64,000 bases of DNA from Octopus sinensis (GCF_006345805.1 NC_042997.1:138260001-138324000); one strand, 5' to 3'. Counted from the first letter of the stretch, positions 35,976-50,362 are shown. Made by a program: numbers and translations. Notes: a model not told the origin generated them from the letters alone.

Positions 35976-36599
35976 ATCTATAACTAAATTAACATCGCTA
36001 TAAATAAACCTTCCCAGTATTTTCATTTTTTTTAGCTGTGATGGAATGGGTACTAATAGTAGAAAAGTGTTCTACAGAATATATTTTCTCAGAATCAGTA
36101 ATTCATCTATATTATTTCACATACAAATCCTCTCAGGATCCTTAGCCCCAGAATCCTTGGATCAATTTAAGCAGCTCATAACTAGCCTTTTTCAAAAGTT
36201 TAGCTTGCTGCCTATTCAAAAGAAATCAATACATTTCCATTGCATTGATTTTTCTCTGCTGAGAAATAAAACAAGCAACAGAAAAATACTCTGATTCATA
36301 AACTGAACTCTGTGTAACTTCTGGTGCAACAACTCTGAATGCCTTAAATGTATGTTTTTGTATAAATGAACTGAAATGCTATGTCAGCAATGAAGGCAAT
36401 ACATAATTGCCAAGTGCTTTGTAAACTTGCAATGACAAGTTGTAGTCAATTTTGTCATAGGCCAGCAGAAGGTAATGGGAAATGTCGATAATCCATTTTG
36501 AGCCACCATATAAAGACAAAGGTTTCCATGCCCCACCATCTAATAGATTTATGAGTCTGGGGGCTTAGTGGCCCGGAATAATGATAGTTACTTGGATCC

Positions 36600-37292
36600 A
36601 TTATCAAATAACACTGCCTCCGTCATGAATAACTATGGAACTGCACCTAGAAAGTTACCCTCTGAGGCACAAGTTCGGACAAGGTTGTTAATGGAAGACA
36701 AGCAGTCACCCATGCATACCAGCCTCCCTTCTCCATGCTGCTGATATTATCCAAAGGAAAGGTAACGTCTGATATAGCTTGACACCAGTGATGTTGCAAC
36801 TCATTTCTACAGCTGAGTGAACTAGAACAATGTGAAATAAAGTGTCTTGCTCAAGAACTCAATACATAGCCCAGTCCAAGAATCAAACTTTCTTCTATAC
36901 ATTAAAGTAGCATCTTTATAATGAATTGGAAATTTTTATCTTCAATTCTGGGGTACAGCCTTGAGTAATTTTAGTCATACTAATCAACCCCAGTATTTAT
37001 TTTCCATTTAAACCTAGTACTTATTCTATCAGTTTTATTTTTTGCTGAACCACTAAGTTATGGGGATGTAAACATACCAACACTTGTTGTAAAGGCGTGG
37101 TGGGAAACAAACACAAACATGTAGACACACACACACACTTAGAGGACAAGTGTCTTTCAGTTTCTTTCTACCTAATCAGCTCACAAGATGAAGACACCAT
37201 AGTAGAAGACACTTGACCAAGGTGCCACACAGTGGGACTGAACCCGAAACCATGTTGTTGGGAAGCAAACTTCTTACCACACAGCCATGCCT
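36600..37292 (-). mobile_element. SINE homologous to 55935-56140, followed by SINE family B
   Basis: gtcatgaataactatgg...cacaagttcggacaaggttg...catgcataccagcctcc shared with 55945-56060. Family B at 36950-37292. Confidence 0.7.
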
Positions 37293-37849
37293 ACACTTAT
37301 GATTTACTTTGTATATGTTATGATTAATATTTATTATCTTATCTGTAAAAGCAGAGCATATCTTACCTACTCAGATCCTATGCTCTTGCTTTAAAAGTTA
37401 TGCAAGGACTCTTTTCATGGTGATCTTTACAATTATTGTGAAATTTAGTAAAGAAGAGCATTTATTGTTTTCAGTCTGTCTGTTGACATTTGATTTTGGA
37501 ATTTCATGGTTTCTGGGCAAGCATCATAGCAAACATCTTGAGCAGGCTTGGATTACATTGGAATAGAATTTGTGATTAGTAAAAGCATCATTGCCTTGTT
37601 GATGTGCTTAATCTTTACTGCTAAAGAAAATAAAATGGAAATGAAATAATTACACACAAATCTTGTGTGCATACACACATGCAAGACAAGTCAAGCCTTC
37701 CTTTTATAGGGCCCAAGGCACAGCAACATCCTGGGGCCTTTAGTATTTATTGACAACAAGTCACAGCACTCATAGATTATCTCTGGGCCTTTAAACATAT
37801 GGGGTCCTTTATGCCAATAATTTAAGAATGTACAATATATAGGACTTTA

Positions 37850-38730
37850 TCATCATCATTGCTTAGCATCTGCTTTCCATGCTGGTATGGGTTAGATGGA
37901 TTGACTGAAACTGGTAAGCTGGATAGCTGCACCAAGTTCTAGACTGATTTTGCTTGGTTTCTATGGCTGGATACCCTTCCTAACACCAACCACTTCAAGA
38001 GTGTAACTGGTGATTTTTATATGCCACTGGCATGGGTGCCAGTTATGTGACACTGGCATCAGCCACAACTACGATTTTGCTTGGCTTGATGAGTCTTCTC
38101 AGGCATGGCATATTGGCAAAGGTCTCAGTCACTTGTCATCACCTCCGTGTGGTCCAACATTCAATGGGTGCTTTTTACATGTCACCAGTACAGGTGCCAG
38201 TTGCAAGACACCAGCATCAGCCAAAACTATGCTTTTAGATAAAGATACATATAATTATCATCATTGTTTTAATATCTATTTTTCTATGTTTGCACACTAT
38301 ATATATATACATACATATATGTGCTTATCTGGTATATTCAACTGAAAAAGGCAGAGCTTCTCTGAAGCAAAGCCAGAAATCCAGGATCTTGAATTATCCA
38401 GTAAAATCTTTTTTTGCTAGTTTATTTTGTCTCTCTGTCTTCTCTCCTGACATGATATGAACATTTAAAGTGGTTTTAGGGTCAGGGTTTTGACTGCTAT
38501 TTCAGCATGGTGGTATCTCTCAGATACCCTAATTTATAGTTTTATACACACACACATATATATAAGACACTCAATACACTCTGTAGAGTAGGTGGAGTTG
38601 TTGGTGTGAGGACAACCATGCAGCCATAGAAACCAAGCCAAACAGATTGGAGCCTGGTGCAGCTCTCCAGCTTACCAACTCCTGTCAAACCCTCTAATCC
38701 ATACTAGCATGGAAAATGGACGTTAAATGA
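37850..38730. mobile_element. SINE family C copies (37850-38230 minus, 38570-38730 plus)
   Basis: tttccatgctggtatgggtt... and ...gcatggaaaatggacgttaaatgatg tails. Confidence 0.7.
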
Positions 38731-39011
38731 TGACGATGATAATGCTGCTGCTGCTGCTGATGACGACGATGGCGATAATGTTGATTTGGTTGTTTTTATT
38801 TCACTTTTAATCTACTAATCCACTCACAAGTCTTTGGTTGGCCTGGGTACTGTGCGGAGGAACTGAACTTGAAAGCATGAGGTTGCAAAGTGAATCTCTT
38901 AAACATACAGCCCTGCATATATGTAAGTAAATGTGTGCATATATGCTTATATGTTGATGTATAGACACTGTGGTTGCATGTATATATGCATAAATTTGTA
39001 TGTGTACTATA

Positions 39012-39894
39012 TATGAAGAAATGTTCTCTGTGAGATAAGCTTGTAGCTCAGGCTTCAGCCACTAAAAGTCACTTGATGCAACCCTCAGGCATCAGTATGC
39101 CAACCAGCATCAATGAGTGAAGTTGTGCTGCCACATGGTGCATCTTTGTTTTGAGGTGCTTCTCCCCAGTTTGTTGATTGTTGTGATGGCTGAAATGAAG
39201 GAGCAGCGAGCTTCTGTGAAATTCTGTTTTTTACTGGGGACAATGGTGGCTGTGACAGTTGTCATGCTTCAAACAGCTTATAATGATACTGCCATGAGCA
39301 AAACACAAGTTTATGAGTAGTTTTCACTCTTTAGAAATGGTCACTTGTCTCTTGAAGAACAATCTTGTTCAGGGGGTCTGTCGACCTCCCGAATGAATGA
39401 AAACATCATGAAAATTCATGAACTTATCTTGGGGGACCATCACTGAACAATTGGCAAACTTGTTAATATGAATGGTGTGTCCTAGAGCTCCTGCTAACGA
39501 ATTTTGAGTGAGGAATTATGAATGCAAAGTGTTGCAGCAAAATTTGTGCCTCAATTGCTCACAGATCAAAAATAGTCACGACTGAATGTGTGACATGACC
39601 TGAAAGAATAGTTGGAAATTGATCCGGATCTCTTTTCAAAGGTCATCACTGGTGATGAAAGTAGGTGCTATGGAATTTGCAGATGTGGAAGAGGTGAAGA
39701 AAAAAAGGACAGAGGCAGTAAAAGGCATCACTTTGCAAGAGTTTCAACACTGCTTTGAACAGTGAGAAACACGTCTGGACCGATGCATTGCTTCAAATGG
39801 AGAATACTTTGAAGACGATAAAAGTGTAAACATATAAAATTAAGTAAATAAAATAATATTGCAAAATTCTGGTTTCTTTTTGGTAACCCTCGTA
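39012..39894 (+). mobile_element. Mariner DNA transposon relic with internal deletion
   Basis: EQRASVKFCFLLG...AYNDTAMSKTQVYE*F...VAAKFVPQLLT...FSKVITGDESRCY, then C-terminus LDRCIASNGEYFE. 3' TIR ends ttttggtaaccctcgta. Confidence 0.9.
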
Positions 39895-40379
39895 TATGCA
39901 TCCGTATGTTCGCAAATGAATGAGTGTGTACATACACATGTGCTCTATTTGGCATATATTCATGAATACCTTCAAATATTTGCATGTATAAGTATATGCA
40001 TATCTGTGCATATGTGTCTGTCTATCTATCTATTTATTATTTATATGTATGACTGTGTGTATTTATATTTTTATCATACATATGTGTGCTTTTTTTCTTA
40101 GATGTTTGTTTATGCTGCTTGATTCCTTTGCATTTTATTCTATTTTCTTAATACTTCCTCTTCACTTAGCAGGCATATTTTGAAATATATTGATTATCAT
40201 ATACCACTCCTGTAATATTATTGATCAAAGATTCCTGGAAATTCAAATTCATTCAACTATAAAGAGTAAATTCATGCTTTGTAAGTTAGTTTGATATGAG
40301 TAATGCATGAAATTCTTGACCCTTCACTTAGCATGTAACTTTACAACCAAATAAAAGATGTATATATATATCATCATGA

Positions 40380-40565
40380 TCATCATTGTTTAATGTCCGT
40401 TTTCCATGCTGGCATGGGTTTGATGGTTTGACCGAGGTCTGGGAAGCCAGGAGGCTGTACCAGGCTCCAGTCTGATTTGGCAGTGTTTCTACAGCTGGAT
40501 GCCCTTCCTAACACTAACTACTCCATGAGTGTAGTGGGTGCTTTTTATGTGCCACCAGCACAGGG
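40380..40565 (-). mobile_element. SINE family C
   Basis: Reverse complement of 59520-59720. Confidence 0.8.
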
Positions 40566-40664
40566 GCCATGTATGTATGTATGTATGTATGTATGTATGT
40601 ATGTATGTATGCATGCATGCATGCATGTATGTATGCATTTATGTATGTATGTATGTATGTATGC

Positions 40665-41325
40665 TGCGCTACCAGCATCCAAAACTGAATATTAAACTTA
40701 CAGGATACACCGGTCCACAGGGAATTTCAATCCCAGAGCCTAAGTCTGTGAGGGACCTGGGTATCGACATGAGTGATGATACCTCTTTCCAAGTGCACAT
40801 TACCAGGATGGCAACAAAGTGCAGACGACTGGCTGGGTGGATCCTAAGAACATTCAGAACCAGAGATAAGGAAACCATGATGGTCCTCTGGCGGACATTC
40901 GTCCTCAGTCGCCTGGATTACTTCTCACAGCTATGGTCACCCACCAGTGTAAAATTAACAGCGGACCTTGAAGCAATCCAGAGAAGATTCACAAAGAAGA
41001 TCGTCTCTTTGCAACAGCTCAGCTACTGGGAAAGGTTGAAACAGCTAAGACTCTACTCCCTGGAGAGAAGACGGGAGAGGTATGCAGTAATATATGTCTG
41101 GAAGATCCTGGAAGGAATTGTGCCAAATTTTGGCATTGTAATCTTCCTGTCAAGAGTCCCAGATGAACCTACCTCACGGCAAGAGGTGCAAATGAGAGTA
41201 GCTGTATCAAACTCCATTCTTCACCAAGTGCTACATATTAGACGAGGTTCGTCGCAATAACAGTGTAGCACAAAACGGCGGTGCATCAGCATGGCCGCAG
41301 CTCTGAGCTGAAACTAGAAAAAAAA
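40665..41325 (+). mobile_element. 5'-truncated CR1-like LINE with ~190-bp internal deletion
   Basis: SVRDLGI...ILRTFRTR...SRLDYFSQLWSP...LEAIQRRFTK...SYWERLKQLRLYSLERRRER. 3' end gcatggccgcagctctgagctgaaactag. Confidence 0.9.
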
Positions 41326-41382
41326 ATATACATATATATATCTTTTATTTGGTTGTAAAGTTATATATATATATATACATAG

Positions 41383-41465
<83 letters not shown>

Positions 41466-41577
41466 AATATGTGTATGTCATCACCATCATCCTTTATCAT
41501 CTGTTTTACATGTCACCAGCATGGGTGTCTCTTATGTGTCACCAGCAGTGCCATCTCCCATGTGTCATTAGCACATA

Positions 41578-41642
<65 letters not shown>

Positions 41643-41749
41643 TTGGACTGTGGCCATACTGGGATACTGCCTTGAATAGTTTAGTTTTTTTACTGAATCT
41701 AGATACACTTCACATTTTCATTGCTTCTGTAGTGATACTTTTCTTTTGA

Positions 41750-42072
41750 ATTCAGAATGTAAAGCCAGAAACAAATTCCAGAAAGTGTTTTGTCTGGTGT
41801 GCTATTGATTCTAATAGCTCACCATCTTAATACTACTACTATTACTATTAATAATAATCCTTTCTGTTATAGGCACAAGGGCTAAAATTTTTGGTGAAGG
41901 GGTAAGTCAATTATATTGATCTCAGTTCTCAATTGGTACTTATTTTATTGCTTCTGAATAGATGAAAGGTAAAGACGACCTCAGCAGAATTTGAATTCAG
42001 AATGTAAAGACAGATAAAATGCCACTAACCATTTTGCCTAGCATGTTAATGATTCTGCTAGCTTGCTCCCTC

Positions 42073-42117
<45 letters not shown>

Positions 42118-42254
42118 CTTAAATTATAAATGAGAAGCTGATCTCCAGCTGTCTGTCCATAACAACATCTATGTAGAAGGAGGGAAGAGTGGAGATTCAC
42201 AATATATATTTATAAACAGGGAAGGGAAAAAGCTGTTGTTGGGAGAGAAATATA

Positions 42255-42289
<35 letters not shown>

Positions 42290-43630
42290 AGCCAGATAGG
42301 TAGTGTTGTCATCATAGTAACTAACTCTCTTTCACTATAATGATAAGTTGTTGTTTAGAGAGAAATACATTGAGTGAAAGATAGAATTAAAATTTGTTTC
42401 AAAATAATATTTAAAAAAACAGCTTGTTGTTGAGCATATCAATGAAACCATAGTACTAGGCTTCTGCTGAAGGATCTATTTCATCTTGATTAAGTTATTA
42501 CCTGGCAGTGTAGCAATGGGTTATGACTAGTAATAATAATTATAATAATCCTTTCTACTATAGGAATAAGGCCTGAAATTTTGTGGGGAGGGAGTTGTCA
42601 GTTACATCGACCACACTACATGACTGTTACTTATTTTATGGACCCAGAAAGATGAAAGGCAAAGCTGACCTTGGTAGAATAATAATGATTATAATAATAA
42701 TGATGGTTTCTGGTTTAGGCACAACACCAGTAGTTTTTAAGGGAAGGTAGTAAATTGGTACCATCATTCTTAGTATTTGACCGGTACTTGTTTTTATCAA
42801 CCTTGAAAGGATGAAAGGTAAAGTTGACTTTAGTGGGAGCTAAACTCAGAATGTAAAGAACCAGAACAAACAATTCTGTAATGCTTCTACTAGTTCACTT
42901 CTAATTTTGGCGGAAGCCCAGCTATTTTGAAAGCAGGGAGAAAATTGATTACATTGACACCGGTACTTTATTTTACCAGCACCAAAAAATAAACAGTAAG
43001 TTCTTGATCTTGGTGAAATTTGAACTTGGAATGTCAAGAGCTGGAGAAATCTCACTAAGCATTTTGTCAGATACACTAACAATTGTGCTAGCTCACCACC
43101 TTTAATAATAATAATAATAATATAATAATTATAATGATCCTTTCTACTATAGGCACAAGGCCTGAAATTTTAAGGGAGGGAACCAGTTGATTACAATGAC
43201 CCCACTGCTCAACTGGTACTTAATTTGTTGACCCTGAAAGGATGAAAGGCAAAGTCAGCCTGGTGGAATTTGAATGCAGGACATAAGGATGGATGAAATG
43301 CTGTTAAGCATTTTTCCTGGTATGCTAATGATTCTGGCAGCTTGCTGTCTTTTTAATAATAATAATAATAATAATAAATAATAATAATAATCTTTTCTAG
43401 TAAAGGCACAAGACCTGAAATTGCTGGGGAGGAGACTAGTCGATTACATTGACTCCAGTGTTTTATTGGTACTTAATTTATCCATCTTGAAAGGATGAAG
43501 AGGCAAAGCCAACCTTGGTGGAATTTGAACTCAGAACATAGCGACAGGCAAAGTACCGCTAAACATTTCATCCAACATACTAACGATTCTGCCAGCCTGC
43601 TGCTGTAATAATAATAACAATAACAATAAC

Positions 43631-43666
<36 letters not shown>

Positions 43667-43835
43667 TCTTTCTACTATAGGCACAAACACGAAACTTAAA
43701 TTGATTCTAGTCCTCAACTGATATTTATTTTATCAACTCAAAATGACAGAAAGTAAAGCTGACTTTGGTAGAATAATAATAATTATGATTTCAAATTTTT
43801 GGCATAAGGCCAGCGATTTTAAGGGGAGGAGGTTA
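41750..43835 (-). mobile_element. Array of ~8-9 co-oriented SINE family A copies separated by (TAA)n
   Basis: Repeated cctttctactataggcacaaggcctgaaatt...ggtactt...ggatgaaaggcaaag units at ~41858, 42549, 42705, 42920, 43138, 43391, 43665 and 43790. Confidence 0.85.
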
Positions 43836-43970
43836 ATTGGAATCACTCAAGAGCCTATAGTTTCATGCCAAAGCACACATCAAGTTTGACAAGTCGTGTC
43901 ACCTGTTGCTCTTTAGCTAATATTACACACACACTGACATACACACACGTGTATGCATATGCAAATTTTA

Positions 43971-44000
<30 letters not shown>

Positions 44001-44007
<7 letters not shown>

Positions 44008-44280
44008 GATAAAATTTTCAAAAAAATTTTATCAGTGGCCAGCATATTAAAAAATACCTTTTAAGGTGAAATTTATAAGCAACTTATAAATAAGGGCAAA
44101 AGAAAGAAATTTTCAATGCCAAAAATAGATGCGTGCTTATAGTGATGAATTATATGTGGTCATTGACAATTTAAAGTCTATTCTCGGGATATTTGGCATT
44201 GAAATCTTTTTCTTTTACCCTTATTTATAAGTTGCGTGTGTGTGTGTGTGTATATATATATATAATATATATATATATAT

Positions 44281-44312
<32 letters not shown>

Positions 44313-44407
44313 ATATATACATATATATATATACATATATATATATACATATATATATATACATATAATATATATATATATATATTATATATATATATAT
44401 ATAATAC

Positions 44408-44492
<85 letters not shown>

Positions 44493-44720
44493 GATAAAAT
44501 TTTCAAAAAAATTTTATCAGTGGCCAGCATATTAAAAAATACCTTTTAAGGTGAAATTTATAAGCAACTTATAAATAAGGGCAAAAGAAAGAAATTTTCA
44601 ATGCCAAAAATAGATGCGTGCTTATAGTGATGAATTATATGTGGTCATTGACAATTTAAAGTCTATTCTCGGGATATTTGGCATTGAAATCTTTTTCTTT
44701 TACCCTTATTTATAAGTTGC
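44001..44720. repeat. Two identical 235-bp units (period 485 bp) in (TA)n, each with an internal ~45-bp inverted repeat
   Basis: 44001-44235 equals 44486-44720. IR arms at 44079-44123 and 44192-44235. Confidence 0.9.
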
Positions 44721-44784
<64 letters not shown>

Positions 44785-44853
44785 TATATATATATATATA
44801 CATATATATATACATATATATATACATATATATATATACATATATATATATAC

Positions 44854-44886
<33 letters not shown>

Positions 44887-44898
44887 CATATATATATA

Positions 44899-44977
<79 letters not shown>

Positions 44978-45369
44978 CAAGCTATATATATATTGACACA
45001 CTGACTTGTTTAAATATGTATATGAGCATCTGTGAAATTTCGAAGATTAAATTTTTTTTAAAAGCTTAATAATTTTCCAACTTCTTTATAGAATAATAAT
45101 TAAGGCAGAATCATAATAGAGGTTGATTTCAAAAACTAGTGTTAATGGCTTCAGTACTACCTCTGATTTTCAATTACAATAATCTAAAGAAAAGCATTGT
45201 GAATTAAAAAAAAAAAATCAATAAAGAGGAAATGATTAATCTGAAAACTCAATACATTTGCAATTGAAATGAAATAGGTTAAAATCAATGAAGAAAACGT
45301 GTTTTTCAAGAGGGAGAGATGTTGGGACTGTGCTTATAAGGTGTTCTGGTTGTGACAGCAAATTTAGTA

Positions 45370-45558
45370 TGGAATTACCGAGGAGTTACGTCCCCTGAGC
45401 CTACTGTGATTGGCTAATTTGGTTGCTAAATTATTATGGGATAACACTGTAATCTGTTCAAGTGGTTCACTGCTGGTAATATCATCACTGGTCTTCGGAG
45501 TTGTCGTTTGTTTATTATTTATTTACCTTGTTCCAGTGCTAAACACACAAAGGTAAGC
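45370..45558 (+). promoter_or_regulatory. Candidate promoter and non-coding first exon of a + strand gene
   Basis: Inverted CCAAT (gattggct 45408-45415), RFX X-box-like half-site gttgctaa (45422), strong donor AAG|gtaagc after 45552, and CpG density rises from here. Confidence 0.5.
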
Positions 45559-48500
45559 AGAAAATTTCGTCAACTTGAGAATTCTTCGGATAGTTCTTTT
45601 TCTTGCATCGTTCATGTAGAGTTGCTTGTGTAAAAAAAGAAAAATGAAAAAGAAAAAAAACCCAAAATAGTGTGTGCGTTTTGTCTTGAGAAATACTTCC
45701 ATTCTCTCTCTGGAAATGGTAGCCTGCTGCTATTATATCATTGTGTTGTTCTTTCTTCTGCTCCTCCCACTCCTGAGATATTGGAAAATACCTACTATGC
45801 TATTCGGTTCCTCAGTCTTATCTATGTTTCTTTCTCATTTTAAGTGGAATTTTATTGGTAGGAAATGGAAATTATAAATATGTTTGAATTCCGATAAACA
45901 TGTAGTTGCAATCTACGTAACCAACTGCGTAGTTCACCAATATTCTTCGATTTTCTTGGGAATTTTAGAGCCATAACGAATATCAGTTCGACTGTACCGC
46001 CAACTGCAATGGTTTTCCTCCGATTATTTTCGATGCGTATTCAATGTCAGGATCTGATTTAATACATGCCATTACGATAGTTACTCATTGTTTATAACCT
46101 ATAGTTACGTTATATTCTTTTAAAACTTTGTTTTCTTCAGTTTAAGAGGAATGAAACATAATTAATAAAAGCGAAATGGAAAATAAAGCAGAAGAAAAAA
46201 CAAAAGCAAAACATTTTTTTTTTCAGAAAGCCAGGTAAAAACAATATGGAATATTTGTTTCGTGTTTGTCATTAAGAAAACATTGGACCTCTTTACTATA
46301 CTTCTTTACACACACACACACACACTCACTCACCCAGTCATCGTAGTAGGGGCTTTAGCAACACGTTGATCCCGTGATCGACATATTTATGCACTTTTTT
46401 TGTTCTTCAGGCTCTCATCTTATTACATTGACACAGTAAATGTAATAATGAATAAACAAGAGAGAAAAATAAAGGCCAAGGCATTGACCTCCGAAGGTCA
46501 GTTTTCTTTATGGACTCTTTACTATTTGTTTTCCTTTTTTTTTTCCCTGCCTCTACCGCATTTAGAGAAATTAATGTCAGGATTAGATTAAGCATCGCAA
46601 CTTTATTTCGCCCGCTTCAAAAGCTAAGTATTCATGTCTATTAAAAACAAATTATTCGATTGAAAAGGAAAACAACTATTTCCACAGATTCGTCATTTAC
46701 TTGTATTAAAATCTTCGTTATTAAAATGTTTTTTTATCCTTCGTTCCTTTTTTTTTTAAATACTAACAGATTAGTAAATTTTTGTTTGTAAAACATCTTA
46801 TACAAGTCGGCACTGACTGAAATAGATGAAAGGCATTCAAGCTATGACCATCCCATCTTATTTTTGCATTTTTCTTCTAGGTGTAGTGTATCCTGAACAT
46901 TATTAAAATGTGGCCTCCTGTTTTTTTTCTTCTGAAGTCTATTATAGGGTGTTATTTGAGGGAGATTTAGCTGATAGTTTTATATGTTTTTCTGTTAAAA
47001 AAAATAAACAAACAGACATTAAAGTTATATTTTCTGCGAAAGTAAATGAATCTGTAAAATATATTTTCTTAATCAAATATTTCTTTAACGAAATTCTTCT
47101 GATTTGTTCAACATATGAATTGCCCCCAAATTCCATTTGTAAAAAAAACAAAAAACCCCCAAAAAAACCCTGTTGGAAAGAATCGAATAGCTATATTTAT
47201 TCCTGGTATATATATGTGTTTATAATGTCTTGTTATTGTTTTTGTTTCCATTCTGATCTACGTACACACGTAGTACATATATATTTGGAGTTTTGCCAGG
47301 TAAACAACTACTTTTTCATGGCCTGGTGTTCAGAGCAAATTACACACTCTTCGATTAACAGTGGACCATTACTGGCCAATGATTGAACCTCTACATCCGT
47401 GATCGTATTTATGATTTTAAAAAGGCTTTAGTTTAAAAACATATAATTACTCAATTACATCTATATATGTAGTCGCATATATCTTCCAATTAAGAGATGA
47501 AACCTAAGTATTAAAATCAGCGGGGTCCTTGGTAGTAAAAAAGTTGGGAATTCTTCCTGTTCATGGTTTTTTGATCCGAGAAATAGCAGCCAAATCTCCC
47601 TCAAAGCATCTACATAACGTGATCTTATATACAACTCTACTTGGCAAAAAAAAAAAAAAAAAAAAGACACGGGATGGTTATAACTGGGACAACTTTATTC
47701 ATATCTGAGCGGTCAGTGCTGGCTTGGAGCTCCACAACAATTCATAGTTATTAATTATGCCCTACAGAATCTTAATTTTGTTATTTTATATTATTTTTTA
47801 CTAACTTTCGTTGATTTAATTACTAAATCCGTTTATTTATATTTATTTTTTCCCTACAGCATTTGTTATTCTGCTACTATCATTGTTTGCAAATATCAAA
47901 CCACATTCTAATACGTGTATTTACTCACGTATATAATTAATTCTCCTATAAAATAAATCCCATGAGTGGACGAAATACGTGACTTGTTAAAGCACAGTTT
48001 TCTTCAGATCTTTTCAAACTTTATTAGTCGCCAGTGAATGAACACTACTAAACAATCATTGTCTCTTTATGTAATTTAATATATACACATTAATTTCCGA
48101 CATTGGAACAAGATAACCCCCCCTTTTTTTGTGAGGAGGATTAAATCATTCAACCTAGTAGTATTTGACAGGTCCTTTTACTTAACGAACAATTGTCTTA
48201 ATATCGAATGACTAAATTAAATATTCCCATTTTATGAAGCAGCAAAGGTGTCTCGTTTGCTGGTGTGATTTTTAATTATGACGAAATGTTTATATTTTTC
48301 ATCAAATGACCTCGTCTTTTCCTCTTTCTCACTGCACAAAGAAAGTGTACTTGAAAGGAAGCATCATAGCCTCGTGACTTTTCCACCTGTTGGCTAATGA
48401 CTTCACACTGTCACTACGTTTATGATGTCACGGTTTTGCTACTGTTTGTTCCTACTGTTTGTTAAAAAGATTAGCATTACTAAGTTTAGAATCAGTTTTT

Positions 48501-49334
48501 CATACTTTCCAGTTAACTCATAACTAGTTAGTAAAATAAATAAGCTTATTTGTGTAAGGTTTCACATTTTCCAATATTTTTTTTTCTTTTAGCCTTTCTC
48601 TTCATCAGTACGTTCGTTTAATAATATATAAATATATAAAATAAATCTAAATACTGGCAGATTCCGAGGGGAATTTCTTAATTTCTCTTAGAAATTCGAA
48701 ATGCTTTGATGTCTATAAAAAAGAAAGAAGTTCTTTTAATACATGTCCAATAATAATAATTTTATGACTCGAGATTTTTGCCTCGCCTTAACGTTTGTTC
48801 TTCTCTTTAGCAATTAATTATTTAAACTGAATTTCTTTTCTTGCGGTCCTTTAGACCTGAAGATTGCAGTAGCATGAAATTCCAGCCATGAACGCTCTCT
48901 GTCTGTCTGTGTATATATAGTTATTCATTGGTTCCTACAAGCTAGACCCCTTATGAGCGAGAAACCCAGAGTAATCCCCTAAACCGGCTTACCCCACTAT
49001 AATATATATATATACTGAGGAATAAAACTTTATTTTGGGGTGCTCCTTTTATGAACCGAGAAAGAAACAAACCAATATCTCAGATTATTTTTGGTCTAGT
49101 TGTGAAGCTGTTTCCGTTAGGGAACTTGCTGTATTTTACTGTATACCAAATGAACCCACATCACAGCAAGAAATGCAAAGAAGGGCAGTTCTGTCCAATT
49201 TACTACTTTAGCAGGACCGATTTCGGAGATTGAACTGAGAAGTGAGTCTAAAATAAAGAATTATTGTTAGTGCTAGGCGGTACTCTAGCATGGGCAGTCT
49301 CTGGCCGAAACTGATAATAGAATCATAGAATCTT

Positions 49335-49690
49335 TTATCTGCTACTGGTTTCAGTCTTTGGACTGCAGCCATGCTGGAGCACTGTGTTGAAGGGTTTAGT
49401 TGAAAAAATAGATCTCAGTACTTATTCTGTTGGACTCTTCTTGCCGAACCGACAGGTTATGATGTAAACAAATCAACACTTGCTAAGCGGTGGTGGGGAA
49501 AACACACACACTCACATGCATACCCGACGGGCTTCTTTTAGTTTCCTTGTACCAATTCTGCTCACAAGGCTTTGGTTGCCCCAGGGCTATAGTAGAAGAC
49601 ACTTGCCCTAGTTGCTGCGCAATGGGACTGAACCTAAGACCACATGTTTAGGAAGCAAGCTTCTTTATTTCATACACCCATGCCTATGCC
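49335..49690 (-). mobile_element. SINE family B (CpGs retained)
   Basis: gccgaaccg, aagcggtgg and cgacgggcttc retained. Confidence 0.8.
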
Positions 49691-50237
49691 TATTCATTCA
49701 TGTAAAGCAAGATACCAATATGGCTGAAGGAAAATACCACGTGTGGGGTGAGTATTCTATGTAGTAGGTACGTATATGGTAAGGTCTTGTGTATGTAATG
49801 TGAGTTGAAATGGAACTTCGATTAGCTGAGATTATCCAAGCAATTAGTAGAGAAAAACCTCCTTGTAAGGATTGTTTAATTTTTCGTTTTAAAGAATCAA
49901 TCAAGGGAAATAACTCTAATAAAATCAGTTTACCGAATTTTTATATAATTAAGGCAATACAAAGTGGATTGGATTTGAATTATAGTGCCAACTGTTAAAA
50001 GCAACGGATGTTTTGATTTCATAGAGCTACTCATTGACATTTACCCTTCCGCGGTCGATAACAGGGTGAAAGGAAATAATAGTCATAGGAAAAATGTCAC
50101 ACTTCTTCCATCTACATACTGTAAACAGATAGGTTAAAAAACAATGGAAGTTAACAACCACACACACACACACACACACACATAAATAAAACGTGATTTT
50201 TTTTTACGCATACGTATAATTGAGATTATATAAATTG

Positions 50238-50268
<31 letters not shown>

Positions 50269-50276
<8 letters not shown>

Positions 50277-50362
50277 GAAAAAAGGTGTTCAGAATGCTAG
50301 ATGGTTGTAAAAAAATATTTTTACAACCATCCAGCATTCTGAACACCTTTTTTCTTTCATAT
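50269..50362. repeat. Near-perfect 94-bp palindrome next to (TA)n
   Basis: 45-bp arms 50269-50313 and 50318-50362, one mismatch, loop aata. Confidence 0.9.

Noticed and set aside
40538-41260. 240-aa ORF as a host gene
   Set aside because: The N-terminus is (TATG)n microsatellite and the rest is CR1-like ORF2.
41750-43835. Repeat-spacer periodicity resembling a CRISPR array
   Set aside because: Units are ~200-bp diverged SINEs separated by microsatellites, the context is eukaryotic, and there are no cas genes.
48845-48900. CTGAAGA-ttgcagtagcat-GAAA hammerhead-like motif
   Set aside because: Stem II has a mismatched closing pair, and no adequate stem I or III or cleavage triplet could be placed.
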